A stretch of DNA of 34,919 nt from Minisyncoccota bacterium (lineage in GTDB: Bacteria; Patescibacteriota; Minisyncoccia; Phycocordibacterales; PALSA-1337), in assembly GCA_036384775.1 (NCBI GenBank), contig DASVLR010000046.1:1-34919 (forward strand), written 5' to 3'. The stretch's first letter is position 1, and each line of letters starts with the position of its first letter. Positions 14,892-22,509 of this stretch are shown here, piece after piece. Under the pieces are notes generated by a model. That model was not told the origin of the DNA and ran no database searches. It saw only the letters and a list, made by a program, of their open reading frames with translations. Made by a program: the position numbers and the translations under genes.

Positions 14892-15287
14892 ATGAGCTCT
14901 CAACCTATTCCCTGGTCGACACTCCACAGTGCCGACTTTCCCATCTGTGATCTGATCGTTCTTCCGACGCCGGATCCCGCGAGCACACATTGGAGTGATC
15001 GCCTAAGCACCCGGGGTCCGGTCGATCACTATCTCAGTGATGGCAAAGAACCCAACAAGCTCCGCATCGCAACGCAATGGTATGCGGAATATAATCCCAT
15101 ATCCATGCAGTGGGTGCGAAAAACAGTTTTCGGCGACGTCGATAAGGGTGGTATTGATGTTAACATCGGACGCTGTTCCATTATCGAAAACAACCATTGC
15201 TACTTCATCTCTCAGGATAACGGGGTGATCATCGCCATCCTCGAACCCCACACCAGCTCGCAACTTCACATCGAGGAGTTGCTGTAA
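14892..15287 (+). CDS. Hypothetical protein (131 aa)
   Basis: An ORF with its own promoter and a strong terminator. No recognisable family. Confidence 0.5.
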   Translation: MSSQPIPWSTLHSADFPICDLIVLPTPDPASTHWSDRLSTRGPVDHYLSDGKEPNKLRIATQWYAEYNPISMQWVRKTVFGDVDKGGIDVNIGRCSIIENNHCYFISQDNGVIIAILEPHTSSQLHIEELL

Positions 15288-15310
15288 GATGCCCCGGTCA
15301 CCGGGTATCG

Positions 15311-15340
15311 AACGCACCATGACAGTGGTGCGTTTTTTTA
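15311..15340 (+). terminator. Rho-independent terminator
   Basis: AACGCACCA-tgacag-TGGTGCGTT followed by a run of 7 T (15333-15339). Confidence 0.85.
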
Positions 15341-15343
15341 TTA

Positions 15344-15433
15344 ACGGGGATTTGGTCACAGGTCCTCGCCTGCTGGCTCGGCCTGCGACCCCGCCTCACT
15401 CGCCTTCGCTCGCTCCGGCTTTCAAATCCCCGT
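15344..15433. repeat. 11-bp inverted repeat ACGGGGATTTG / CAAATCCCCGT matching the T-arm region of the adjacent tRNA-Glu(CUC), enclosing a 68-nt strand-asymmetric (C/T-rich on +) segment
   Basis: 15344-15354 and 15423-15433 are perfect reverse complements. The same 11-mer occurs a third time at 15493-15503, inside the tRNA gene. 15415-15440 reads CCGGCTTTCAAATCCCCGTAGCCCC, against the tRNA sense strand CCGGGGTTCAAATCCCCGTGGGGTC. Confidence 0.6.
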
Positions 15434-15447
15434 AGCCCCTGAGACAC

Positions 15448-15478
15448 AAAAACTGCCACAGGCTTTGTGGCAGTTTTT
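15448..15478. terminator. Bidirectional terminator downstream of tRNA-Glu(CUC)
   Basis: 13-bp stem AAAAACTGCCACA / TGTGGCAGTTTTT with a 5-nt loop. Confidence 0.85.
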
Positions 15479-15485
15479 GGTCTGG

Positions 15486-15560
15486 TGACCCCACGGGGAT
15501 TTGAACCCCGGTTCCAGGATTGAGAATCCTGTGTCCTAGACCAGGCTAGACGATGAGGCC
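15486..15560 (-). tRNA. tRNA-Glu (anticodon CUC), with genomically encoded CCA at 15483-15485
   Basis: The reverse complement reads GGCCTCATCGTCTAGCCTGGTCTAGGACACAGGATTCTCAATCCTGGAACCGGGGTTCAAATCCCCGTGGGGTCA+CCA, with anticodon loop TTCTCAA. Confidence 0.9.
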
Positions 15561-15591
15561 GTACAACGGGCGCGTAAACAGAACGTGCATC

Positions 15592-15620
15592 AATATAACC
15601 CGAAAATTGGGTTTTTTCAA
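15592..15620 (-). promoter_or_regulatory. Promoter of tRNA-Glu(CUC)
   Basis: On the - strand: TTGAAA (15615-15620), 17-nt spacer, TATATT (15592-15597), ~30 nt upstream of the tRNA 5' end. Confidence 0.6.
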
Positions 15621-15627
15621 GTGTGGC

Positions 15628-16926
15628 CTAGGCTTTTTCAAGCCATTCCTTCTCCTGACGCACAAGGAGCTTGGCAGCCTGAGAAGGCTCATGCAGCAGT
15701 GCTTCTGAGACACGCTCCATGCGGATTCCCTGCGATCCCTTAACAAGTACGACATCTCCCGTCTTCACGATGCCCGCAAGGAAAGAGGCGGCTTCACGTG
15801 AAGAATCAAATGCTTTGACCTGCTCTGCAGGCATACCGATTTTGACAGCTTCTTCTGCAGTAGCACGAGAACGTTGGCCGACTGTGACGAGAATGCCGCT
15901 TGGACCGAGAGCGGCTTTCGCCTCTGCGCCGATATGTCGATGCTCCTGTGCCGCGAATTTACCAAGTTCAAGCATATCTCCCAGGGCCGCAATTTTGATA
16001 CCACTGCACTGGATAGTCTTCATAACATCGAATGCAGATATCACTGCATCCGGCGAAGAGTTGTAGGTGTCATCAATGAGAGTTGAACCATTCATGCCTG
16101 GAATGACATTCATGCGACCTTTTGGCATATCGAAGGTGATCTGATCGTGCGGGAGTTTGCCGGTCTTTACGACTGAGACAGCGACGGCGGCAATAGCAGA
16201 ATAGACGGCACCATTGCCAATAACACCTCTCAGTGTTATCGGCTTGCTCGTACCCTGGTATGAGGCTGTGAAGTTCATGCCAACAGCAGCATTATTTTCG
16301 TATGCGATCTGCGCGTCTGCGGCACGAACTGATACCTTGTCGCTCAGACCATATGAAACAACTGAAACGCCGCGGTCTTTCACCCGGTCACCCATCGAGA
16401 GTGTGCGTTCATCATCGCCAAAGACCACGAGCGAGCCGTCGGATTTTACTGCCGTAGCGAGGAATGCCTTCTCTTCGAATACCTCATCAGGCGACTTGAA
16501 GAACTCGACATGCACCGGGGTACGCGACACGCGTGTGATGACAGAAATATCCGGGTGCAACCACTGTGTAACACGCCTGATATCGCCGGGATGATCGGCA
16601 CCGATCTCGAGAATGAGCGTGCCCGGATATTCGCGACGTCTGAGAATGAGATCAAGGCCGGCACTGAGATTGCGATACCAGCCACTCAGACTGCGCCATG
16701 CGTTGGGAACGCCGATGATGGTGAGCGGCACGCCGATCTCGCTGTTGAAGCTCTTGTCGCTCTTCCTCACAATGCCGACATCAGGGAGATTCTTGAGAGC
16801 ATCGTAGATTGCATCCTTAGTAGAGGTCTTGCCGACGCTGCCGGTCACGGCAACGATAAACGGCTTATACTTTTTAAGTATAAGCCTGGATTCCCAATTG
16901 AGGAGTGCGATGACGAGTTTCTTCAT
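15628..16926 (-). CDS. murF: UDP-N-acetylmuramoyl-tripeptide--D-alanyl-D-alanine ligase
   Basis: VTGSVGKTSTKD P-loop of Mur ligases and MurF-like domain order; located downstream of ftsI. Confidence 0.85.
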   Translation of the reverse strand: MKKLVIALLNWESRLILKKYKPFIVAVTGSVGKTSTKDAIYDALKNLPDVGIVRKSDKSFNSEIGVPLTIIGVPNAWRSLSGWYRNLSAGLDLILRRREYPGTLILEIGADHPGDIRRVTQWLHPDISVITRVSRTPVHVEFFKSPDEVFEEKAFLATAVKSDGSLVVFGDDERTLSMGDRVKDRGVSVVSYGLSDKVSVRAADAQIAYENNAAVGMNFTASYQGTSKPITLRGVIGNGAVYSAIAAVAVSVVKTGKLPHDQITFDMPKGRMNVIPGMNGSTLIDDTYNSSPDAVISAFDVMKTIQCSGIKIAALGDMLELGKFAAQEHRHIGAEAKAALGPSGILVTVGQRSRATAEEAVKIGMPAEQVKAFDSSREAASFLAGIVKTGDVVLVKGSQGIRMERVSEALLHEPSQAAKLLVRQEKEWLEKA

Positions 16927-16928
16927 GT

Positions 16929-18641
16929 TTACCTGTCCGGCGGGATGTTGTAGTAGTTTATGAGAAAGGTAGTGAGGTCGTCAAACGGCTTCGTCAGGGT
17001 TTCAGAGGCGTATTTGGCATTCTTAGGATAGATCTGGTACAGGAACACGATAAAGCGCGGCTCATAGGCTGGGAAGAAACCGAAGAATGAGTGAAGCCAG
17101 CGATCGCTGTAATAACCTCCGTTCACATGGTCGGCAATAGCAGCAGTACCGGTTTTGGCGGCGACAGTATAGTGCTCCTTCTTGAGTGCTCCATTTGCAA
17201 GCGCAGTGTCGACCACCGTCACAAGCATATGCTTCACATCATCGACAGTCGTCGGTTTGAGATACGGACCGACCCTGACAATGTCGGTCTTCTTCACCGA
17301 TCCGTCTATCCTGTCTATTTCCTTAACGAGATGCGGAGTTACCACGTAGCCGCCGTTCGCGATCACCGCAAGCATGCGGGTCATGGCAACAGGAGTAACT
17401 GCAATACCCTGTCCGTATGATGCTGTCGCAATATCGATGTCCTTCGGATTCTTGAGGTTGTTGGTGATCGGCTTGGCTTCATTCGGCAGATCGATGCCTG
17501 ACTTCTGATCAAGGCCAAAACTATTAAAATATTTCACAAATTCCGACGAGCCGGTCTTCAGAGCGATCGTGGCCGCACCGACGTTGAGCGACTGGCTCAG
17601 AATCTGCTGCATCGGGATCACGCCACGGGCACGCTGATCGTAGTTACAAATCTTCTTTTCATTGAGCGTGAGACAGCCGGTATCATCGTATTCAGAGCTC
17701 GGAGAAACAGCGCCTGCATCAAGAGCGGTGGCCATGGTAAGTGGTTTCATGATCGAGCCCATTTCGTATACGTGCTCGACAAGTGAGTTGCTGAGCACCG
17801 ATGCCGACTTAACAGATTTGAGGTCGTTCGGATTGAAGGTCGGGTGTGATGCCATGGCATAGATCTCGCCAGTATTCGGATCCATAATAACGCCGCCGAT
17901 TTCGTCCGGCTTCCATTCATCTTGTGTCTTGGTCAGAACCTTTTCGAGATATGCCTGTACGGTCGGTTCGATGGTTGTAACGACATCGCCTGAGTCCGGC
18001 TTACCACCAAAGACCGAGCCGAGACCACTGAAGATCTCAGCAAAGACATTTATTTCAGACTCCGCCCCATCGCGTGCCAGGACATCGTTATAGAAACGCT
18101 CAAGACCGTACTTTCCACTGACCGTCGACGACGCAGCATCTTCACCGATAATACCGAGCTCGTGGGATGCCAACGTGTTACCCGGGTATGCACGCCAGGT
18201 CTCAGGAGTGACACTCACACCCTTGATACCGAGCTCACGGATAGAAGCGGCGGTCGCATCATCGAGATGGTGCAGAAGTTCTTCATAGGAATCATTCGGC
18301 TTGTTCGCCTTCTGCATGAAGACGGCCTTGTCGATGCCAATCACATGTGAGAGAGCGGCATATGCACTGACCGGATCAGCGATCAGTTTCGGATTGAGAT
18401 AGAGGAGATTGCCGCTTTCGACGGTGGCTGCGGCGCTCTGTGTGCCGTCTTTGCCGACAAAAAAGATGGAGCCGCGCGCGAACAGCGATGTTTCCGGCTT
18501 TGCATACTGAGCATTTGCCTTACCGGCATAACTGGCACCCTTTATAATGGCGGTGTTATACAGAGACGCGAGCAAAACCCCGGCACCCGCGAGGATGCCG
18601 AGGCCAACGATCCTCGTCCTGAGTCGCTGACTAGAGTTCAT
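16929..18641 (-). CDS. ftsI: Peptidoglycan D,D-transpeptidase (class B penicillin-binding protein, FtsI/PBP2-like)
   Basis: N-terminal TM anchor, SIMK (SxxK), SQS-LN (SxN-like) and KTGTA motifs; dcw context. Confidence 0.85.
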   Translation of the reverse strand: MNSSQRLRTRIVGLGILAGAGVLLASLYNTAIIKGASYAGKANAQYAKPETSLFARGSIFFVGKDGTQSAAATVESGNLLYLNPKLIADPVSAYAALSHVIGIDKAVFMQKANKPNDSYEELLHHLDDATAASIRELGIKGVSVTPETWRAYPGNTLASHELGIIGEDAASSTVSGKYGLERFYNDVLARDGAESEINVFAEIFSGLGSVFGGKPDSGDVVTTIEPTVQAYLEKVLTKTQDEWKPDEIGGVIMDPNTGEIYAMASHPTFNPNDLKSVKSASVLSNSLVEHVYEMGSIMKPLTMATALDAGAVSPSSEYDDTGCLTLNEKKICNYDQRARGVIPMQQILSQSLNVGAATIALKTGSSEFVKYFNSFGLDQKSGIDLPNEAKPITNNLKNPKDIDIATASYGQGIAVTPVAMTRMLAVIANGGYVVTPHLVKEIDRIDGSVKKTDIVRVGPYLKPTTVDDVKHMLVTVVDTALANGALKKEHYTVAAKTGTAAIADHVNGGYYSDRWLHSFFGFFPAYEPRFIVFLYQIYPKNAKYASETLTKPFDDLTTFLINYYNIPPDR

Positions 18642-18981
18642 GTCCGGCGCTTGCCACCAAGGTCGGCTGGGCCGATGCGGTAGCCTGGCTGCGCTTTATA
18701 TATGCTGCAATCTTTCCAGCGGTAAAGCCATGGGATGCCAGAGTATCCGGCGTGATATTGCTCGTTAATATGAGGTATTGGCTGTCCAGGTCGCTTATAG
18801 CGCTCGAAACAGAGGTGAGCTGACGTTCTACCTGCCTGATAGCCACCGTGCGGGAAACGAGAGAATACAGGTTCATGGCATAGAATGCAGCACAGATGGC
18901 GCTCGCAAAAAGGATGGCAAGCGTAATATTCATGCGGTATGCGTGGACGTTCTCTGCCGTATTGACCAGTACTCTCTTCAT
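18631..18981 (-). CDS. FtsL-like cell division membrane protein (tentative)
   Basis: 116 aa with a single TM segment plus a coiled-coil-like region. It sits between rsmH and ftsI and overlaps the ftsI start by 11 nt. Confidence 0.5.
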   Translation of the reverse strand: MKRVLVNTAENVHAYRMNITLAILFASAICAAFYAMNLYSLVSRTVAIRQVERQLTSVSSAISDLDSQYLILTSNITPDTLASHGFTAGKIAAYIKRSQATASAQPTLVASAGHEL

Positions 18982-19009
18982 AGTATTGAAATGTGTCTGT
19001 TACTAATTT

Positions 19010-19927
19010 CTATGCCTTTGTAATAATGCGTAATTTTGCACTGCGTGATCGCGGGTTCTGTGCGATCTCTTCATGCGTCGGCTTGATCGCCTTCTCCTTC
19101 GAACCATGATCGCGAACAAAGTTCTTCACGATACGATCCTCAAGACTGTGGAATGAAATCACTCCCATGCGACCACCCGGCTTCAGGGCTGTGTATCCCT
19201 TATCGAGGCCCTGCTCGATCGCCTTCAACTCGTCGTTAACGGCGATCCTCAATGCCTGAAATGTTTTCGTGGCCGGATGAATCTTGCGCTTCCTGAACAT
19301 GGCCGGAACTGCTCCGCGGACCAGATCAGCAAGCTCTGTTGTCGTTTCAAACTTCTTCTTGTCGCGATAGTTCACGATTGCACGTGCGATGCGACGTGCT
19401 GCGGTCTCTTCGCCGTAGGCGTAGATCACATTCGCGATGTCGGTCTCCTTCCAGGTATTCACAATGTCAGCGGCAGTGAAGGCGTACGCTGCCGGATCAC
19501 CCATGGTCATGAGGAGCGGCTCTTCCTTCTGGAAAGTGAAGCCCTTACCCGATGCGTCGAGCTCATCCGACGACAAGCCAAGATCCAGGAGGATCATGTC
19601 GAGTGAATTCTCTGTCGCGATACCGTGCTTCGTAAGCACCTGGTCGAGGTTACGGAAATTCGCCACCTCGAGAATCAACTTCTCTGTTCCGCCGGCCAAC
19701 GTCTGTCTCGCGCGCTGGATCGCATGAATGTCACGATCAAGACCGATAACATTCACCTTTCCCTTGAGTGCGTTCACAATCGCCAGAGCATGGCCTGCGC
19801 CGCCGAGCGTGCCATCGAGGTACCAGAGCGGCTGCGAAACCTGCTGCGGAAGCAGGTTCGAAACGACTTCCTGTAAAAGAACCGAGACATGAACACTCGG
19901 ACTCGGGCTGTGGGCGTGATCGTGCAT
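19010..19927 (-). CDS. rsmH: 16S rRNA (cytosine1402-N4)-methyltransferase RsmH/MraW
   Basis: HVSVLLQEVV..DGTLGGAGHA..ISFHSLEDRIVK signature. The ATG at 19927 lies 2 nt after the mraZ stop and is preferred over 20008, which would overlap mraZ. Confidence 0.9.
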   Translation of the reverse strand: MHDHAHSPSPSVHVSVLLQEVVSNLLPQQVSQPLWYLDGTLGGAGHALAIVNALKGKVNVIGLDRDIHAIQRARQTLAGGTEKLILEVANFRNLDQVLTKHGIATENSLDMILLDLGLSSDELDASGKGFTFQKEEPLLMTMGDPAAYAFTAADIVNTWKETDIANVIYAYGEETAARRIARAIVNYRDKKKFETTTELADLVRGAVPAMFRKRKIHPATKTFQALRIAVNDELKAIEQGLDKGYTALKPGGRMGVISFHSLEDRIVKNFVRDHGSKEKAIKPTHEEIAQNPRSRSAKLRIITKA

Positions 19928-19929
19928 GC

Positions 19930-20370
19930 CTATATCAGTCCTGCCTGACCGTATTTCTCGGCCAGCTGGTCTGCACGAGCTTCCACATCCTTGGCATGCG
20001 CCTTCCATGCAGCTTCATCCCAGATTACCACCCTGTCGCGGACGCCGATAATGGCGACCTTCGACTCGAGTTTTGCGCGCGAGCGCAAATGATCCGGAAT
20101 CAGCATGCGACCAGCCTTATCAACCTCGACTTCGACCGCCATACCCAAGAGGTAGCGGTTGAGGCTGCGGTTGTCGGCCTTGAACATCGATGACTCATTT
20201 CCTGCGAGCTTGCCGGAAATCTTCTCCCACTCTTCAGCAGTGAAGATGAAGAGACAGGTGTCGAGACCCGGAGTCACCACAACACTCTTCCCCATTTCCT
20301 TGCGGAATTTGGAAGGAAGCGACAAGCGATTCTTGTCGTCGATCGTGTGGAAATGTGTGCCGATAATCAT
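19930..20370 (-). CDS. mraZ: Transcriptional regulator MraZ
   Basis: MIIGTHFHTIDDKNRLSLPSKFR and a second DKAGRMLIP repeat (two SpoVT/AbrB-like halves); first gene of the dcw block. Confidence 0.9.
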   Translation of the reverse strand: MIIGTHFHTIDDKNRLSLPSKFRKEMGKSVVVTPGLDTCLFIFTAEEWEKISGKLAGNESSMFKADNRSLNRYLLGMAVEVEVDKAGRMLIPDHLRSRAKLESKVAIIGVRDRVVIWDEAAWKAHAKDVEARADQLAEKYGQAGLI

Positions 20371-20436
20371 GACTGGTAGTGCGTCGCTGCGCGGCGCGAC
20401 GGTGCCTCGTGGGTGATGACGTACGAAATGCGCATT

Positions 20437-20476
20437 TCATACCACTTCATCCCACTTGGTGGGTATTTTATCCCAC
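20437..20476 (-). promoter_or_regulatory. MraZ-box-like repeats in the mraZ leader
   Basis: The - strand reads GTGGGATAA (20468-20476), GTGGGATGA (20447-20455) and GTGGTATGA (20437-20445). The last two are exactly 10 bp apart. An inverted GTGGGTATT lies at 20459-20467 on the + strand. Confidence 0.55.
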
Positions 20477-20496
20477 CTAGCTCGCGAAAGCACGGA

Positions 20497-20502
20497 ATTA
20501 TA
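20497..20502 (-). promoter_or_regulatory. -10 hexamer TATAAT of the mraZ (Pmra-like) promoter
   Basis: The reverse complement of ATTATA at 20497-20502. It sits ~125 nt upstream of the mraZ ATG, with the GTGG repeats between it and the gene. Confidence 0.55.
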
Positions 20503-20503
20503 C

Positions 20504-20530
20504 TGTGGATAAGCGGTGAATAGTGGATAA
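20504..20530 (-). promoter_or_regulatory. Two DnaA-box-like 9-mers overlapping the -35 region of the mraZ promoter
   Basis: The reverse complement of 20504-20512 is TTATCCACA (the exact E. coli DnaA-box consensus) and that of 20522-20530 is TTATCCACT. They are spaced 18 bp apart. On the + strand they read GTGGATAA. Confidence 0.45.
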
Positions 20531-20560
20531 AGAAAAACCGCATCTTCAACAAATGCGGTA
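20531..20560 (-). terminator. Rho-independent terminator of lysS
   Basis: The - strand has an ACCGCAT-9 nt-ATGCGGT hairpin followed by TTTTTCTTT. Confidence 0.75.
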
Positions 20561-20586
20561 TTTCGTCTGACTTCTACGGAGTAGTG

Positions 20587-22497
20587 CTATTTATACAGCT
20601 CAAATCCCTTCGTCACTGCATCCACCTGCTCTTTCGGACCAAATACCATCACACCAAGGAATTCAACATCAGCGAATTTCTTGCCGGCAGTTTCTGCGAT
20701 CACTTTTTTGTCGCTGGTAGTCGTGATCATTTCGCGTGTGAACTCGCTGATTTCGAGACCTGCCGCACGCGCATCCGAGATGAGTTTCTTGAGTGCATCG
20801 TTCGAACCTGCCGTCTTGATCATGATGGCGTGTTTGATATTCAAATTAATTTTGTGGGCGTCAGCAGTAGAGATAGAATCCTGCGTGAAAAGTTTCTTGC
20901 CTGAACGTGCACCGAAGGCAGCGTTCAAATGCGCGATCGTATTGAGTTCCTGCCAACGCTCCATCTTGGCACCAGTATTGATGACAGCAGCTGCATACTT
21001 CTGCTCTTTCTTGGCGGCACTTCCGGACTTGCCTGCACCACCTGTATCTGCCGGCCTTACCAGCGGGAACATGTGTGTCTCACGCAACGGCTTGTCAGCC
21101 AGGAATGTGAAGAGACGCTCACCATATCCGAAACCGCAGGTCGGCGGCATGCCATGCTCGAGCATCTCCACGAACTCCCAGTCAGGCATCATTGCCTCTT
21201 CATCGCCGCGCTCGATGAGCTTCTGCTGTTCGACGAAACGATTGCGCTGATCGATCGGATCATTGAGCTCCGAATAACCATTACCAATCTCTGAACCCGC
21301 GAGAATCGGCTGGAACTTCTGAACAGTGCGGCCGTCCTTGTTCGCCTTGGCGAGCGGCGCAACCATGGTCGGATGATTCACGAGGAATGCCGGGCCTGAA
21401 ATATTCTTGCGGCAGAACTTCCAGAGCGTATCAATGAGACGCTCTTTGTTGGTGCCATCGTAGGTCACTTTGAGCTTTGCCAGCGCAGCCATCATATCTT
21501 TCTCTGAGGCGGTATAGATATCGATACCGGTCTGCTTCTTGATTTCGCCTGCGTAATCGATCTCGGCCCATTCATCGGCAAGATCAAAGGTGTGACCACG
21601 GGTGCTGAACTTGGTTGTACCGAAAACTTCCGTTGCGAGACGGCGATAGAGTTCTGTGACAAGCTTCATGCCGTCGCGATAATCTGCGTAACCCCAATAG
21701 AATTCGAGGTTCGTGAATTCCTGAGCATGCTCCGGGCTGGTGCCTTCGTTGCGATATGCCCTGCCAATCTCAAAGACTTTCGGAAAACCGCCGGCAAGCA
21801 AACGCTTCTGCCAGAGCTCGCCGATAGAAATGCGCATAAAAACATCCATATCATAGTCGTTGTGATACGTCGCAAACGGACGGGCTTCTGCTCCGCCGGT
21901 TGTGACTTCGATGGTCGGAGTTTCAACTTCGAGGAAGCCACGCTCCTTGAAGAAGGCGCGTGAGACATCCCAGAACTTGGACTTCTTGTAGAAGAGATCG
22001 CGGAGCTCTGCGGTCATGACGAAATCGAGATAGCGCTTGCGCATCTTCTCGTCAGGGTCCGTGAGACCGTGCCACTTTTCCGGCAACGGCAACAGGGCCT
22101 TGGATGCCATGGTCCAATTCTTGATCAAAATGCTTTCCTCGCCTTTCTGAGTGCGGAACATTGTACCGGTGACGCTGATGAAGTCGCCCATGTCGACGGC
22201 ACCCGTGAGCAATTCGAACTTGGCTGCGTCGAGCTCATCTTTTTTGGCGACTGCCTGGAAGCGTGCCTTGCCGTCATCAAGCACATAGAACAAAATCGCA
22301 CCCTGTCCGCGAATGGCCATAACGCGACCGGTGAGATTCACCGTCGCACCTGAGGCTTCGTACTCGGCAAACTTCTTGTGGGCATCTTCAAGGCAAAAAT
22401 CGCGCGGGACTTTTGCAGGATATGGGTCCATACCCGCCGCCGTGAGCAAATCGAGCTTTTTGAGACGTGCTGCTTTGAGTTCTTCGAGGGACGCCAT
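20587..22497 (-). CDS. lysS: Lysyl-tRNA synthetase (class II) fused to a C-terminal DUF2000-like domain
   Basis: OB-fold N-terminal region, YRNEGTSPEHAQEFTNLEFY motif 2 and a core ending FPLVRPAD. A Gly/Ser/Lys linker and a further 137 aa follow (KYAAAVINTG...FLGVMVFGPKEQVDAVTKGFELYK). That extension resembles DUF2000 as I recall it. Confidence 0.9.
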   Translation of the reverse strand: MASLEELKAARLKKLDLLTAAGMDPYPAKVPRDFCLEDAHKKFAEYEASGATVNLTGRVMAIRGQGAILFYVLDDGKARFQAVAKKDELDAAKFELLTGAVDMGDFISVTGTMFRTQKGEESILIKNWTMASKALLPLPEKWHGLTDPDEKMRKRYLDFVMTAELRDLFYKKSKFWDVSRAFFKERGFLEVETPTIEVTTGGAEARPFATYHNDYDMDVFMRISIGELWQKRLLAGGFPKVFEIGRAYRNEGTSPEHAQEFTNLEFYWGYADYRDGMKLVTELYRRLATEVFGTTKFSTRGHTFDLADEWAEIDYAGEIKKQTGIDIYTASEKDMMAALAKLKVTYDGTNKERLIDTLWKFCRKNISGPAFLVNHPTMVAPLAKANKDGRTVQKFQPILAGSEIGNGYSELNDPIDQRNRFVEQQKLIERGDEEAMMPDWEFVEMLEHGMPPTCGFGYGERLFTFLADKPLRETHMFPLVRPADTGGAGKSGSAAKKEQKYAAAVINTGAKMERWQELNTIAHLNAAFGARSGKKLFTQDSISTADAHKINLNIKHAIMIKTAGSNDALKKLISDARAAGLEISEFTREMITTTSDKKVIAETAGKKFADVEFLGVMVFGPKEQVDAVTKGFELYK

Positions 22498-22509
22498 GAG
22501 ACGGTCGTA

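Noticed and set aside
7500-15600. Replication terminus or dif site in the zone where gene orientation switches from + to -
   Set aside because: No sequence resembling the XerC/D dif consensus (a 28-bp site with an ATAA...TTAT-type core) was found by eye, and orientation bias over 35 kb is too weak a basis.
20371-20586. Replication origin (oriC) at the DnaA-box-like cluster upstream of mraZ
   Set aside because: There are only two good boxes, no adjacent AT-rich unwinding element and no dnaA or dnaN nearby. Gene orientation across the window converges (+ on the left, - on the right) rather than diverging as expected at an origin. I kept it as a regulatory hypothesis only.
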